A stretch of DNA of 64,000 bases, from NCBI GenBank assembly GCA_049317265.1, contig JBMOIP010000022.1, forward strand, positions 6,718-70,717. Reading direction: 5' to 3'. Position numbers and translations under genes: made by a program. Of this stretch, positions 42,619 to 52,756 are shown piece by piece. Below the pieces are notes generated by a model. It was given only the letters and a program-made list of their open reading frames with translations, did not search any database and was not told the origin of the DNA. How positions within the stretch are numbered: the stretch's first letter is position 1; each line of letters opens with the position of its first letter. This stretch comes from Bacteroidales bacterium (GTDB taxonomy: Bacteria; Bacteroidota; Bacteroidia; Bacteroidales; FEN-979).

Positions 42619-44927
42619 CCCCGGGGGTGTATGAGTTTTTCTGCCGACATAAGGATCACTTCTCCGGTGGCAGGCAGAGAAAAATCGGGTTCTGTTTCGT
42701 GGTTTCGTACGGCAGAGACAGCATCCTTAATGGCGAGCCAAACCGAAAAGCCAAGCATAAAAGGGGGTTCTCCCACAGCCTTACTGCGACGTATTGTCCC
42801 TGGATTGGGCACATCTTGCAAGAACTCAACCCTGAAATCCTTTGGAATATCGTTGATCGTTGGAATTTTATAAGTGTCGGGTGAATGGGTCAGGAGGTTG
42901 CCCTCTTTATCCCACTTGATCTCTTCGGTGGTACACCATCCCACGCCCTGGATAAAACCTCCTTCCACCTGGCCTTTGTCAATGCCCGGGTTGATGGAAT
43001 CTCCCACATCGTGAAGTATGTCGGTACGAACTAACAGATGTGCCCCGGTAAGCGTATCGATCATTACCTCGGAAACCGCCATGCCGAATGCATAGTAATG
43101 GAAGGGCCTTCCCTGGCCTGAATCACGGTCAAACCAAACGCCGGGTGTTTTGTAATAGCCTGTTGAACTTAGGCTTATCTGGTTCAATCGGGCAAGGTCA
43201 CAAAGTTTTGAAAAAGGAAGTTTACAGTCAGGGTGTTCTTTGTCAAATACACAATTCTCGTGAAACGTGATATTCTCCTCCTGAAACTTCACTTCCGGGT
43301 TCACGGCAGAAAGTTCTTTCACAACCAAACCCGTCAGTCTGCCCTTGATGGTGTCGATGGCGTTTTTCACCGCCATACCGTTCAGGTCGCTTCCTGTGGA
43401 GGCTGCGGTAGGGGAGGTGTTTGGCACTTTGGAGGTATTGGTGGCACTCACCTTCACTTTTTCGGGGGATATCCCGAGTTCGGATGCGGCAATCTGAAGG
43501 ATTTTTGTATGGAGGCCCTGCCCCATCTCGGTTCCGCCATGGTTAACCAGTACCGTACCATCGGTGTATATGTTGACAAGGGCCCCGGCCTGGTTAAGGA
43601 AGGCCGTGGTAAAGGAGATCCCGAATTTTACCGGGGTCAGAGCCAGACCTTTTTTAAAGAAGAGGTGTTTCTGGTTAAACTTGTTAATCTCCTCCCTGCG
43701 GACCCGGTAGGAAGATGTGCTGTACAACTTGTCGAAGATTTTGCCAAGGTGGTTGTTCTCCACCTTCTCGCCATATGGGGTGAGGTTGTTTTCTCCTGCC
43801 CTGTAAAAATTCAGGTACCGGATATCTGCAGCATCTTTTTTCAGGTAACGTGCAATGCGATCAATGGCGTTTTCAATGACCGCCATTCCCTGGGGGCCGC
43901 CAAAGCCCCTGAAAGCGGTGTTGGACGGCAGGTTGGTCTTCCATGCCCGGCCGGTGATGGATACATTCGGGAGGAAATAGGCGTTGTCGGCATGCAGCAT
44001 GGCCCGCTCGAGAATGGCCCTCGAAAGATCGGTTGATGAACCTGCATCCGAGTTCAATTCAACTTTGTAGGCATGGATCAATCCCTGGTCGTCAAACCCG
44101 ATCTCATAATCCGACAGGAAACGATGGCGTTTACCCGTCATGATCTGGTCATCATCGCGAAACAGGTGGATCTTAACAGGGCATTTTGTGGCATTTGCCA
44201 GCAGAGCGGCCCATGCTGCCACATGGTTTCCCTGGGTCTCTTTGCCTCCAAAGGCTCCACCCATACGCCTCACTTCTACCTCCACCTCGTTTTTTTGAAG
44301 TCCGAGGACTTCGGCAACGATCTGTTGGGTTTCGGCGGGGTTCTGACTGGAGGCATGGATCACCATCTCTTTACCTTCTCCCGGGACAGCCAGGGCTGTC
44401 TGCGTTTCAAGGTACCAGTGTTCTTGCGCCCCGGTGGCAAGTTCCCCCCTGAGAACATGGGGAGCGGCTTTCATGGCACTTTCCGGATCTCCCCTCAGAA
44501 TATGACGGGGAGGGGCAAGGAGGTTGTTTGCAGCCATTGCCGACCGGATATCTAGGATGGCCGGAAGGGGTTCATAATCAATGGTAATGCAGATTTCGGC
44601 TTCATACGCCGCTTCGGGGGTCTCAGCCGCGATCAGCACAACGGCCTGCCCGATGAAGGTGACCTCCTGGTCGGCAAGACAGGGTTCATCGTGTACGATG
44701 GGGCCCATCTGGTTTTGGCCGGGTATGTCCTTTGCTGTGAGAATACAATGGACCCCCGGGATCGACAAAGCATTTGAAGTGTCGATCCGAAGAATTCTGG
44801 CGTGTGCATTTTTACTGTACACAATTTTTCCATGCAGCAGTTGTGCGCTTACCGGCATATCTTCAATAAATACAGATTCCCCGGTTACATGTTTTGCTGC
44901 ACTGTCGTGTGGTTGGTGGTGTAGCAT
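42615..44927 (-). CDS. xdhB: Xanthine dehydrogenase molybdopterin-binding subunit
   Basis: N-terminus 'HDSAAKHVTGESVFIEDMP', plus 'GGAFGGKE' and 'GTEMGQGLHTK'. Start moved to Met 44927, because Met 45011 would overlap xdhA by 53 nt. Confidence 0.85.
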   Translation of the reverse strand: MLHHQPHDSAAKHVTGESVFIEDMPVSAQLLHGKIVYSKNAHARILRIDTSNALSIPGVHCILTAKDIPGQNQMGPIVHDEPCLADQEVTFIGQAVVLIAAETPEAAYEAEICITIDYEPLPAILDIRSAMAANNLLAPPRHILRGDPESAMKAAPHVLRGELATGAQEHWYLETQTALAVPGEGKEMVIHASSQNPAETQQIVAEVLGLQKNEVEVEVRRMGGAFGGKETQGNHVAAWAALLANATKCPVKIHLFRDDDQIMTGKRHRFLSDYEIGFDDQGLIHAYKVELNSDAGSSTDLSRAILERAMLHADNAYFLPNVSITGRAWKTNLPSNTAFRGFGGPQGMAVIENAIDRIARYLKKDAADIRYLNFYRAGENNLTPYGEKVENNHLGKIFDKLYSTSSYRVRREEINKFNQKHLFFKKGLALTPVKFGISFTTAFLNQAGALVNIYTDGTVLVNHGGTEMGQGLHTKILQIAASELGISPEKVKVSATNTSKVPNTSPTAASTGSDLNGMAVKNAIDTIKGRLTGLVVKELSAVNPEVKFQEENITFHENCVFDKEHPDCKLPFSKLCDLARLNQISLSSTGYYKTPGVWFDRDSGQGRPFHYYAFGMAVSEVMIDTLTGAHLLVRTDILHDVGDSINPGIDKGQVEGGFIQGVGWCTTEEIKWDKEGNLLTHSPDTYKIPTINDIPKDFRVEFLQDVPNPGTIRRSKAVGEPPFMLGFSVWLAIKDAVSAVRNHETEPDFSLPATGEVILMSAEKLIHPRG

Positions 44928-44958
44928 TTTACGTGGTTGATTTAATGCTCTCCCTGCC

Positions 44959-46440
44959 TCATTCCCGATTGTTGGATCGCGGAACGGGGTCGGGTATATT
45001 TTGTTCAACAAAAAACTTCAGTAATAGATTTGTTGCAGCAGTATTCCGGAACTCGGCCTCTGCTCGTGCATCCGAAATCGGGGTGAATTCCCTGATTAAA
45101 ACGGGCATTGCTTCTTCAACGGCTTTAAGGGTCCACTCTTTACCGAAAAGTGCCTCTTCAGTTTTTATTGCCCGAATGGGAACCGGGGCCATTCCGCCAA
45201 AAGCAAGGATGATTTCAGACACCTTGCCCTGCGCTAATGTCAGCCGAAAGGCGGCGCTGACTGTTGAGATGTCCATTTCCCGGCGTTTGGAAACCTTATA
45301 CGACATCACTTTTGTATCAGCGCTATGCTTGGGGATGATGATCTCGATAATCAGTTCATCGTCATGCAACAAAGTTTTCCGATAGCCGGTAATAAAATCA
45401 CCGACCGGACAAATCCTTTCAGCATCCAGCGACCTGATCTTTACAGATGCTTTGTAGGAGATCAGCAGCGGTAGGCTGTCACCAATGGGAGAGGCCGATC
45501 CGACATTTCCCCCAAGTGTTGCCATGTTCCTGATCTGCAGGGAGCCAAACACTTTCAGGATGTTGTTGAGTGCAGGTAATCTCTCTTCAGCGAACCTCCT
45601 GACCTTTTCAAGGGGAAGTCCGGCACCGATGACATAAGCATCGGCGGTTTCATGGCAATACTGGAGCTCTTCAACGCCTGAAAGATCTACAATGGCAGCA
45701 AGCAACTCTTTTTTCTTTGTCTGGCGAAGAGCCACATCCGTTGAACCGCTAATCACGGTTGCAGAGGGATACTCTTTTTTAACCCTGAGGGCTTCCTCAA
45801 GGGTAAATGGCTTTGTATAATGTTGTCTTCCCCTCTTTTTCCTGAAGGTCTCCCTGTTGGATTTTATCTCCAGGAGCAACTCGATGATCCCGGGCTCATA
45901 TTGTGAAAAATGGTCTTTCCCAACGCCGGAACAGGCTTTCTGGGCAGCTTCCAGGATAGACTGGTAACCCGTGCACCGGCAAAGGTTCCCGGTAAGGGCA
46001 TCTTCGATGGTTTCACGTGGGGGATTGTGATGATTTTTAAACAATCCAAAAAGCGACATGACGACCCCTGGGGTGCAATAGCCGCACTGACTGCCATGTG
46101 AATCCACCAGCATCTTCTGAACAGGGTGAAGAATTTTGTGTTTTTCTTTATAAAAAGCAAGATTCTCAATGGTGATCAACTGTTTTCCATGGATCATCGG
46201 GAGAAAAACGAGGCAGGAGTCGACAGTCTTGTAAACAAGTTTTCCATTTTCGCCGATTTCTGCAAGAACCACCGTACATGCGCCGCAATCTCCCTCGGCA
46301 CAGCCCTCCTTGACCCCTTTGTGGGCAGAGAAGGAACGGAGAAAGTTAAGGACTGTGGTCGTTGGCTTGAATCCGGTGGTTTCGGAAAATTCAACTTCTA
46401 CAATTCTATCATCAAAGACAAACCGGATGGTTTCCTGCAT
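44959..46440 (-). CDS. xdhA: Xanthine dehydrogenase small subunit ([2Fe-2S] + FAD domains)
   Basis: 'CAEGDCGACTV', 'CGYCTPG' and 'CRCTGY', then an FAD-binding 'ATLGGNVGSASPIGD' motif. Confidence 0.85.
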   Translation of the reverse strand: MQETIRFVFDDRIVEVEFSETTGFKPTTTVLNFLRSFSAHKGVKEGCAEGDCGACTVVLAEIGENGKLVYKTVDSCLVFLPMIHGKQLITIENLAFYKEKHKILHPVQKMLVDSHGSQCGYCTPGVVMSLFGLFKNHHNPPRETIEDALTGNLCRCTGYQSILEAAQKACSGVGKDHFSQYEPGIIELLLEIKSNRETFRKKRGRQHYTKPFTLEEALRVKKEYPSATVISGSTDVALRQTKKKELLAAIVDLSGVEELQYCHETADAYVIGAGLPLEKVRRFAEERLPALNNILKVFGSLQIRNMATLGGNVGSASPIGDSLPLLISYKASVKIRSLDAERICPVGDFITGYRKTLLHDDELIIEIIIPKHSADTKVMSYKVSKRREMDISTVSAAFRLTLAQGKVSEIILAFGGMAPVPIRAIKTEEALFGKEWTLKAVEEAMPVLIREFTPISDARAEAEFRNTAATNLLLKFFVEQNIPDPVPRSNNRE

Positions 46441-46697
46441 GTTAAATCGTGTTACCGGTTATGAGATAAGATTGGTGTTCCTCACATCAAAAATTCGTTG
46501 CATGAACAGAATCTCGATTGGAATTCAAACGCATCATAGTGTGTAAAAGTACAATTATTTGGGTGAATTCCGACCCCACACAGTGAATTCTTTATAATCT
46601 TCCGGTTGTCAGGATGATGGCAGAAGTTGAGTTGTTCAAAACCGAGGATACCATTCAATGTTCACGGGCCAAAATTACCAAATGATATGATTATTCT

Positions 46698-46705
46698 TAT
46701 CTTTG
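46698..46705 (+). promoter_or_regulatory. -7 box TATCTTTG
   Basis: Exact TAnnTTTG ending 1 nt before ATG 46707. This argues for the downstream Met at 46776 as the true start. Confidence 0.35.
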
Positions 46706-46775
46706 CATGAATAATATTCTCATCGCATCCCCCGCAAGCGATTTCCGGGGGCTTTTTCGTGGTAAAAACCAAATC

Positions 46776-48428
46776 ATGGAAGACACACCAAAGTTAACAT
46801 TCCCCGCTTTCTTTGCAGCTACATTAACCCAATTCGGCGATCGTGATGCAATGGCGCTGGTCGGAAAGAGACCAATCACCTACCGCGAGGTCAACAACCG
46901 GATTCTGGCAGTGATGGCATTCCTGGAGAAACTTGGTGTCAAGCCGGGCGACAAGGTGGCCATTCTCAGCACAAATCAACCCAACTGGGGGATATCCTAT
47001 TACGCAGTTACCTTTATGGGGGCCGTTGTTGTGCCCCTGCTGCCCGAATTCCTGCCAGTGGAGATCCTGGCTCTGCTCGAACATTCAGAAACACGGGTTG
47101 TTTTTGCATCCGAGGGATTACTTTCAAAGCTGGTTGGTCTTACGACTGATTACCTGGAGGAGGTTGTTAAAATTGAAGATTTTTCCGTCGTCAGGTCCTA
47201 TGAAGGATGGCCCGGATTTGATGCTGCTGCTAAACCTTCTGCCACTTATGATGTGGAGGAGGATGCCCTTGCCGCCATCATCTATACTTCAGGAACCACA
47301 GGCACCCCGAAAGGTGTCATGTTAACCCATAAAAATATCTGTTTCACCGCCATCAAGGGACACGAAATACAACCAATCCATGAAACCGACCGGTTTCTCT
47401 CCATCCTTCCGCTTTCACATACTTATGAGAACACCCTGGGCCTTATCCTTCCGATGTATCGGGGCGCCAGTGTATATTATCTTGGAAAACCGCCTACACC
47501 GGCCCTTTTACTCCCGGCGCTGCTCGAGGTAAAACCGACGCTCATGCTCACGGTTCCGATGATCATTGAGAAAATTTTCCGGTCGAAAATTCTCCCGGCA
47601 TTCACAGAAAAAAAAGCGATCAGCATCCTGTATAAAATTCCGGCCATACGGAAAATCCTGCACCGGATTGCAGGAAAAAAACTGATGGAAACATTTGGAG
47701 GGGAACTGAATTTCTTCGGTGTCGGAGGCGCTAAACTGAATAAAACCGTAGAGCGGTTCCTTATCGAAGCACGTTTCCCTTACGCCGTTGGATACGGACT
47801 GACTGAGTGTGCCCCGCTGCTTGCCGGGTTCAATCCGCATCATCCTGTGCTGCAGTCGACAGGCCCGGCTTGTATCGGAGTAGATCTTAAAATCATGAAT
47901 GCCGATCCCCGTACCGGTGAAGGGGAAATCTGGGCGAAAGGCCCAAATGTTATGAAAGGCTACTACAAGGAGCCTGCAATTACAAAGGAGATCATAACTC
48001 CCGATGGCTGGCTGAAAACCGGTGATCTCGGCGCGTTAGACAATACAGGCAACCTCTACATCCGTGGACGGGTTAAAAGCATGATCGTAAGGTCAAACGG
48101 GGAGAATGTTTACCCCGAAGATATTGAATCGGTCATCAACAACTTTCGCCATGTGGTTGAATCCCTGGTGGTGGAGAAAAAAGGCAAGCTCATTGCCCTT
48201 GTCCATTTTAACCAGGAGGAGATTGAGCAACGCTACCAGTACCTGAAAAACGAGTTTACAAATTATGTCGATGAGAAAACCGAGGAGCTCCGCATGGAAC
48301 TTCAGGACTATGTAAATTCCAGGGTTAATAAGTTCTCACAGGTGCAGCTGGTGGTCGCCCAGCCCAATCCATTTCAGAAGACTGCCACACAGAAGATCAA
48401 AAGGTTTATGTATACCGAAAACAAGTGA
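46776..48428 (+). CDS. AMP-forming acyl-CoA ligase (long-chain-fatty-acid-CoA ligase-like)
   Basis: 'IIYTSGTTGTPKGVMLTHKN', 'GYGLTEC' and 'GWLKTGD'. Confidence 0.8.
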   Translation: MEDTPKLTFPAFFAATLTQFGDRDAMALVGKRPITYREVNNRILAVMAFLEKLGVKPGDKVAILSTNQPNWGISYYAVTFMGAVVVPLLPEFLPVEILALLEHSETRVVFASEGLLSKLVGLTTDYLEEVVKIEDFSVVRSYEGWPGFDAAAKPSATYDVEEDALAAIIYTSGTTGTPKGVMLTHKNICFTAIKGHEIQPIHETDRFLSILPLSHTYENTLGLILPMYRGASVYYLGKPPTPALLLPALLEVKPTLMLTVPMIIEKIFRSKILPAFTEKKAISILYKIPAIRKILHRIAGKKLMETFGGELNFFGVGGAKLNKTVERFLIEARFPYAVGYGLTECAPLLAGFNPHHPVLQSTGPACIGVDLKIMNADPRTGEGEIWAKGPNVMKGYYKEPAITKEIITPDGWLKTGDLGALDNTGNLYIRGRVKSMIVRSNGENVYPEDIESVINNFRHVVESLVVEKKGKLIALVHFNQEEIEQRYQYLKNEFTNYVDEKTEELRMELQDYVNSRVNKFSQVQLVVAQPNPFQKTATQKIKRFMYTENK

Positions 48429-48991
48429 CAAATTCAACCTGCCAATTCGACGAACATGCGCTGGAATCCCTCTTCAGGGAACACTTTACCGGTCTGTGCC
48501 AGTTTGCTGCCGGGTATGTGAAGGATGACGAGGTTGCGCGGGAAATTGTCCAGGACTCTTTTGTTATATTGTGGGAAAAACGGCAAACCCTCGACCTCTC
48601 CAAATCAGTTAAGAGTTATCTCTCAACCGCTGTCCGCAACAAGTGCCTCAATTACCTCAGGGATCATAAAAAATTCAGCAGCGACCTGCTGGCGCTTGAA
48701 AACTTATCCACCGAAACAGGATATGAACTGGCCGATAAGCTGGTAGAATCGGATATCCTTCACCAGATTGAACACGCAATAAACGAACTACCCGAAAAAT
48801 GCAGGGAGATTTTTCAGTTAAGCCGCATCCGGAATCTCAAATATCAGCAAATTGCCGATCATCTCCAGATATCCGTCAAAACGGTCGAATCACAGATGTC
48901 GAAGGCGTTGCAGCACATGCGGGTGAGGCTGGCCGAATACCTGCCGCTAATTTTAATGGTCGGGATATATTTACAATTATCATCAGGGTAA
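48425..48991 (+). CDS. ECF sigma-70 factor
   Basis: Region 2 'DDEVAREIVQDSFVILWEKR' and region 4 'CREIFQLSRIRNLKYQQIADHLQISVKTVESQMSKAL'. The GTG start overlaps the ligase stop. Confidence 0.8.
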   Translation: MTNSTCQFDEHALESLFREHFTGLCQFAAGYVKDDEVAREIVQDSFVILWEKRQTLDLSKSVKSYLSTAVRNKCLNYLRDHKKFSSDLLALENLSTETGYELADKLVESDILHQIEHAINELPEKCREIFQLSRIRNLKYQQIADHLQISVKTVESQMSKALQHMRVRLAEYLPLILMVGIYLQLSSG

Positions 48992-49026
48992 CAACCTCTT
49001 TTGGTGTATTATCATTGTAAACCGTT

Positions 49027-50079
49027 ATGGAAACAAACAAGACATATTATACTGATCTGATTTCCAGGTATTTTTTCGGAGAGGCAACTCCTGGCGAGAT
49101 CCTGGCACTGGAGGAGTGGGTCAAGGCAGATCCGGCAAATGCCACATTGTTTTCAGAATATCAGAAAACCTGGCAAGCCATTGAAAAATCAAAGATTGAA
49201 TCATCCATTCATATTGATCATGAGTGGGATCAGCTTGAATCAAGATTAAAAATCAAGAGTTCTGATTTGAACTATGAACGAAATGGCGATTTAAACCCAC
49301 CATCTGAAATTGTTCATCGTAAGTTCCATCGCCTGTCATTCGCTCTGCGCATTGCTGCGATCTCTCTGCTTCTGCTGCTTCCCGCTTTTTTCCTATACCG
49401 TTATTTTACAAATCCTTCCGATCACCAACTCGCTGCCGGGAATGAAATCATGGAGTGTGTATTGCCCGATGGAACAAGTGTCACCCTCAATGCGGGCACA
49501 ACGCTCACCTATCCCTCCCGGTTTACGGGCTCCATCCGTCAGGTGACGCTGAATGGAGAAGGATGGTTCGAGGTGGCTCACAACAAAGCCAAGCCTTTTA
49601 TCATTGCCTCGGGGAATGTGAGGGTCAGGGTGGTTGGAACCTCCTTCTCCTTTAATACCAAAACCCCGGGCGACAAACAGGTGATATATCTCTCCACAGG
49701 GATCGTAAAGGTCTATTTCGAAAACCGGCCGGATAAGTCAGCTCTCCTGGTTCCGGGCGAGAAGGCCGAAATCAATGATGCCGGATCCGATATTCTCAAA
49801 ACATCCAATAACGATGTGAATTTTATCTCCTGGAAAACAAAACACATTGTATTCAGTAACACGCCCCTCGATGAGGTTGTAAAGGTGTTGACCAAAGTTT
49901 ATCGCACACCTGTTACCATACACGATAACAATCTCAGGGATTGCCGGATTACCGCCACCTTTGACCAACAATCGCTGGAGTCGTTATTACAGGTGCTTAA
50001 AGCCACTCTTGACATCCGGATCAGCCAGGCCGGCGGAGGGATTGAACTCTCAGGTAAGGGATGTAACCAGGGCAGGTAG
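49027..50079 (+). CDS. FecR-family anti-sigma factor
   Basis: One TM segment ('IAAISLLLLLPAFFLY'), a FecR domain 'GEGWFEVAHNKAKPFIIASGNVRVRVVGTSFSF', and a C-terminal DUF4974-like part. Confidence 0.85.
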   Translation: METNKTYYTDLISRYFFGEATPGEILALEEWVKADPANATLFSEYQKTWQAIEKSKIESSIHIDHEWDQLESRLKIKSSDLNYERNGDLNPPSEIVHRKFHRLSFALRIAAISLLLLLPAFFLYRYFTNPSDHQLAAGNEIMECVLPDGTSVTLNAGTTLTYPSRFTGSIRQVTLNGEGWFEVAHNKAKPFIIASGNVRVRVVGTSFSFNTKTPGDKQVIYLSTGIVKVYFENRPDKSALLVPGEKAEINDAGSDILKTSNNDVNFISWKTKHIVFSNTPLDEVVKVLTKVYRTPVTIHDNNLRDCRITATFDQQSLESLLQVLKATLDIRISQAGGGIELSGKGCNQGR

Positions 50080-50086
50080 GGATTTT

Positions 50087-52756
50087 ATGAAGAAGAGCGC
50101 TTCCTTCATATCGTCCATTGTCGCTTTAATCTGCCTCTGTTTGCATGGTTTGCCGGTTCTTGCACAGGACCTCCAAAAGCGAATCACCCTGAAGCTGGAC
50201 AACAGACCCATTTCGGAAGTGCTTACGGAGATCAGCGCCAGGGCGAAGATCGATTTTGCCTACAATCCACAGTCACTGCCGGTCGATAAACTCATCACCA
50301 TTCATGCCAGGCATAAAACCGTTGAAGAAATCCTTCAGGGTGTACTCAGAAACAATGGCATCGACTATTTTAAGGTTGAAAATCACCTGGTATTAAAGTC
50401 GGGCCCGATAACCTTAAACTCCATTCATACTACAACGGGTGTTGCCGGAAAATTTACACTTAGCGGCTTTCTGCGCGATAAAAATACCGGGGAAGCCCTC
50501 ATTGGCGCTAATGTTTATATCAAGGCGACCACCACCGGCGTTACAACCAATGGCTATGGGTTTTATTCGCTAACCTTAAACAAAGGGAGTTACCCGATGG
50601 TCTTTTCCTATATGGGTTACAGCGAGGTGCAGAAAGATGTGGAACTGGGTGAAAATACCAGGTTGTCGGTGGAGATGGAGGAGCAGGAACTTCAGATCAG
50701 GGAGGTTGAGGTGGTGGCGGCCAACCGCGAATCGGAGATCAGGACAGGGCAGATGAGCGAATTCCACTTTTCGCAGAAAACCTTGTCACAACTTCCAGGT
50801 TTCGGTGGAAACCTTGATGTGATCAGGGCATTGCAGGCTGTTCCGGGCATTCAGACTTTTGGTGACGGATCGTCGCTATATTATGTCCGCGGGGGCAACA
50901 GCGACCAGAACCTGCTGCTTATCGATGAGGTTCCAGTGTATAATCCATCTCACCTTTTCGGGTTTTTCTCTGCCTTTGCCCCGGATGCAATTAATGATGT
51001 ACAGATATACAAGGGTGACTTTCCTGCCAGATTCGGCGGACGTCTCTCGTCTGTCATCGATATCAAGGCAAAAGAGGGCAACATGAAGCATTTCGGGTTT
51101 TCGGGGAATGTGGGGCCTTATGCCTCCAATTTTACCCTGGAGGGTCCCGTGTTAAAGGAGCGGGCTTCTTTTTTTATCTCCGGGCGGGTATCAACCCTTA
51201 ACTGGCTGAACAGTTTGCCAGAGATCAACCGGAGTTTTGATTTTCATTTTTTTGATATCAACGCCAAATTAAATTTCCGGCTGAACGACAACAACCGCTT
51301 GTTCTTTACCTTTTTTACCGGCAGGGATGTCTTCGGCCCTTTTCTGACGGCTGAGGTCAATTCCCTTGGGATCAACTGGGATAACCTTGCAGGTACGTTC
51401 CGGTGGAACCATGTATTCACCAACAAGCTTTTTTGCAACACCACTATGAATTACAGCCGTTACAACTACTCGCTGAGCCTGCCTCAGGAGCAAAATGGCT
51501 ACTGGAACTCCTCCATCTCCAACCTGACCCTGAAAACAGATTTTACCTGGTATCTCAATCCCCGGAACACCATCCGTTCGGGAGCAGAAGTAACCAACCA
51601 CCATTCAAATCCCGGAAATGTGACCCTCGAAAACGGTGATTTGCCGGGCAATGTTCCGAAAGTTGCTGAATATCATGCCATGGAATACGTTTTATATGCC
51701 TCGGACGAACAGCGGATCGGGAACCGGTTAACGTTGCGTTATGGCATCAGGCTTCCGCTTTGGCAGGATATCGGTCCCACCGATGTCTACTATTTTGATG
51801 CTAACCACCAGGTAATCGATACCATTCATTATGAAAGGGGAGAAGTATATTCCTGGTCGATCATGCCGGAACCCAGGGTGAACCTCCAATACCTGATCGA
51901 TGAAAAATCTTCGGCAAAGGCAAGTTACAGCAGGACAACCCAATTCATTCAGCTCCTCTCGAATTCTACAGGTCCCTTCACCTCCCTTGAGGTCTGGGCT
52001 CCGTGCGGGCCAAATATCCGGCCACAGACAGCCGACCAGGTGGCGGTGGGCTATTTCAGGAGTCTGGCCGGTTCGAAATTAACTTTTTCGGTGGAGGGTT
52101 ATTATAAATGGTTTCACAATCATCCTGACTATCGGGACCATGCCAACCTGCTTTTCAATACATTGATAGAAGGGGAGTTGCGCTTCGGAAAAGCCTGGTC
52201 ATATGGCATCGAATTCATGCTGCGTAAAACCATTGGAAACCTGACCGGCTGGATTGGTTATACATGGTCCAGGGCCATGATCCAGACCCCGGGCATCAAC
52301 AATGGGAATGTTTACCCGGCCAGTTACGACCGGCCTGACGACATTTGCATCAATATCTCCTGGGAGGATAAGAAGCACTGGATGCTTGGTGCAAACTGGA
52401 TCTACCTCACAGGTGGCGCCATCACTACTCCGATGGGATTTTACTATGCCAACGGGACCTCAATTCCAATGTATGGTGATAAAAACAACGGCCGCCTGCC
52501 CGATTACCACCGGCTCGATTTATCGGCTACCTACACCTTCAATAAACCTGGAAACCACTATCGGCACAGTCTTACGTTGACCCTGTACAATGCCTATGGC
52601 CGTCTGAATCCATTTTCGGTTAATTTTAACAAGATGATGAACGACCAGGGAGATTTTGTGGTTCCTTCCAACCTTGACGGATCGTATAAGGTTGTGCCCA
52701 CCACCATCTCCGTGGCTGGTATCATTCCATCTATCAACTACCAATTCAAATTCTGA
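50087..52756 (+). CDS. TonB-dependent receptor with STN signalling domain and CarboxypepD_reg domain
   Basis: Start set to 'MKKSASFISSIVALICLCLHGLPVLAQ'. STN domain 'ITLKLDNRPISEVLTEIS', then 'FTLSGFLRDKNTGEALIGANVYI', a plug domain, a beta-barrel and a terminal 'YQFKF'. Confidence 0.85.
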   Translation: MKKSASFISSIVALICLCLHGLPVLAQDLQKRITLKLDNRPISEVLTEISARAKIDFAYNPQSLPVDKLITIHARHKTVEEILQGVLRNNGIDYFKVENHLVLKSGPITLNSIHTTTGVAGKFTLSGFLRDKNTGEALIGANVYIKATTTGVTTNGYGFYSLTLNKGSYPMVFSYMGYSEVQKDVELGENTRLSVEMEEQELQIREVEVVAANRESEIRTGQMSEFHFSQKTLSQLPGFGGNLDVIRALQAVPGIQTFGDGSSLYYVRGGNSDQNLLLIDEVPVYNPSHLFGFFSAFAPDAINDVQIYKGDFPARFGGRLSSVIDIKAKEGNMKHFGFSGNVGPYASNFTLEGPVLKERASFFISGRVSTLNWLNSLPEINRSFDFHFFDINAKLNFRLNDNNRLFFTFFTGRDVFGPFLTAEVNSLGINWDNLAGTFRWNHVFTNKLFCNTTMNYSRYNYSLSLPQEQNGYWNSSISNLTLKTDFTWYLNPRNTIRSGAEVTNHHSNPGNVTLENGDLPGNVPKVAEYHAMEYVLYASDEQRIGNRLTLRYGIRLPLWQDIGPTDVYYFDANHQVIDTIHYERGEVYSWSIMPEPRVNLQYLIDEKSSAKASYSRTTQFIQLLSNSTGPFTSLEVWAPCGPNIRPQTADQVAVGYFRSLAGSKLTFSVEGYYKWFHNHPDYRDHANLLFNTLIEGELRFGKAWSYGIEFMLRKTIGNLTGWIGYTWSRAMIQTPGINNGNVYPASYDRPDDICINISWEDKKHWMLGANWIYLTGGAITTPMGFYYANGTSIPMYGDKNNGRLPDYHRLDLSATYTFNKPGNHYRHSLTLTLYNAYGRLNPFSVNFNKMMNDQGDFVVPSNLDGSYKVVPTTISVAGIIPSINYQFKF

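Noticed and set aside
42600-42700. Fluoride riboswitch upstream of crcB
   Set aside because: The crcB start overlaps the xdhB stop codon, so the upstream sequence is coding. I recognised no riboswitch-like conserved core.
46441-46697. Long (~260 bp) divergent spacer between xdhA and the ligase gene, examined for a purine riboswitch or small RNA
   Set aside because: I could not recognise the purine-riboswitch three-way-junction consensus or any stable extended pairing. Only a short direct repeat (GTGAATTC, twice) is present. It is most simply a divergent promoter/operator region.
46707-46775. First Met of the acyl-CoA ligase ORF
   Set aside because: An exact TAnnTTTG -7 box ends 1 nt before this ATG, so transcription would start downstream of it. 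Met 46776 (MEDTPKLTFPAFF) is the more plausible start, though this is not proven.
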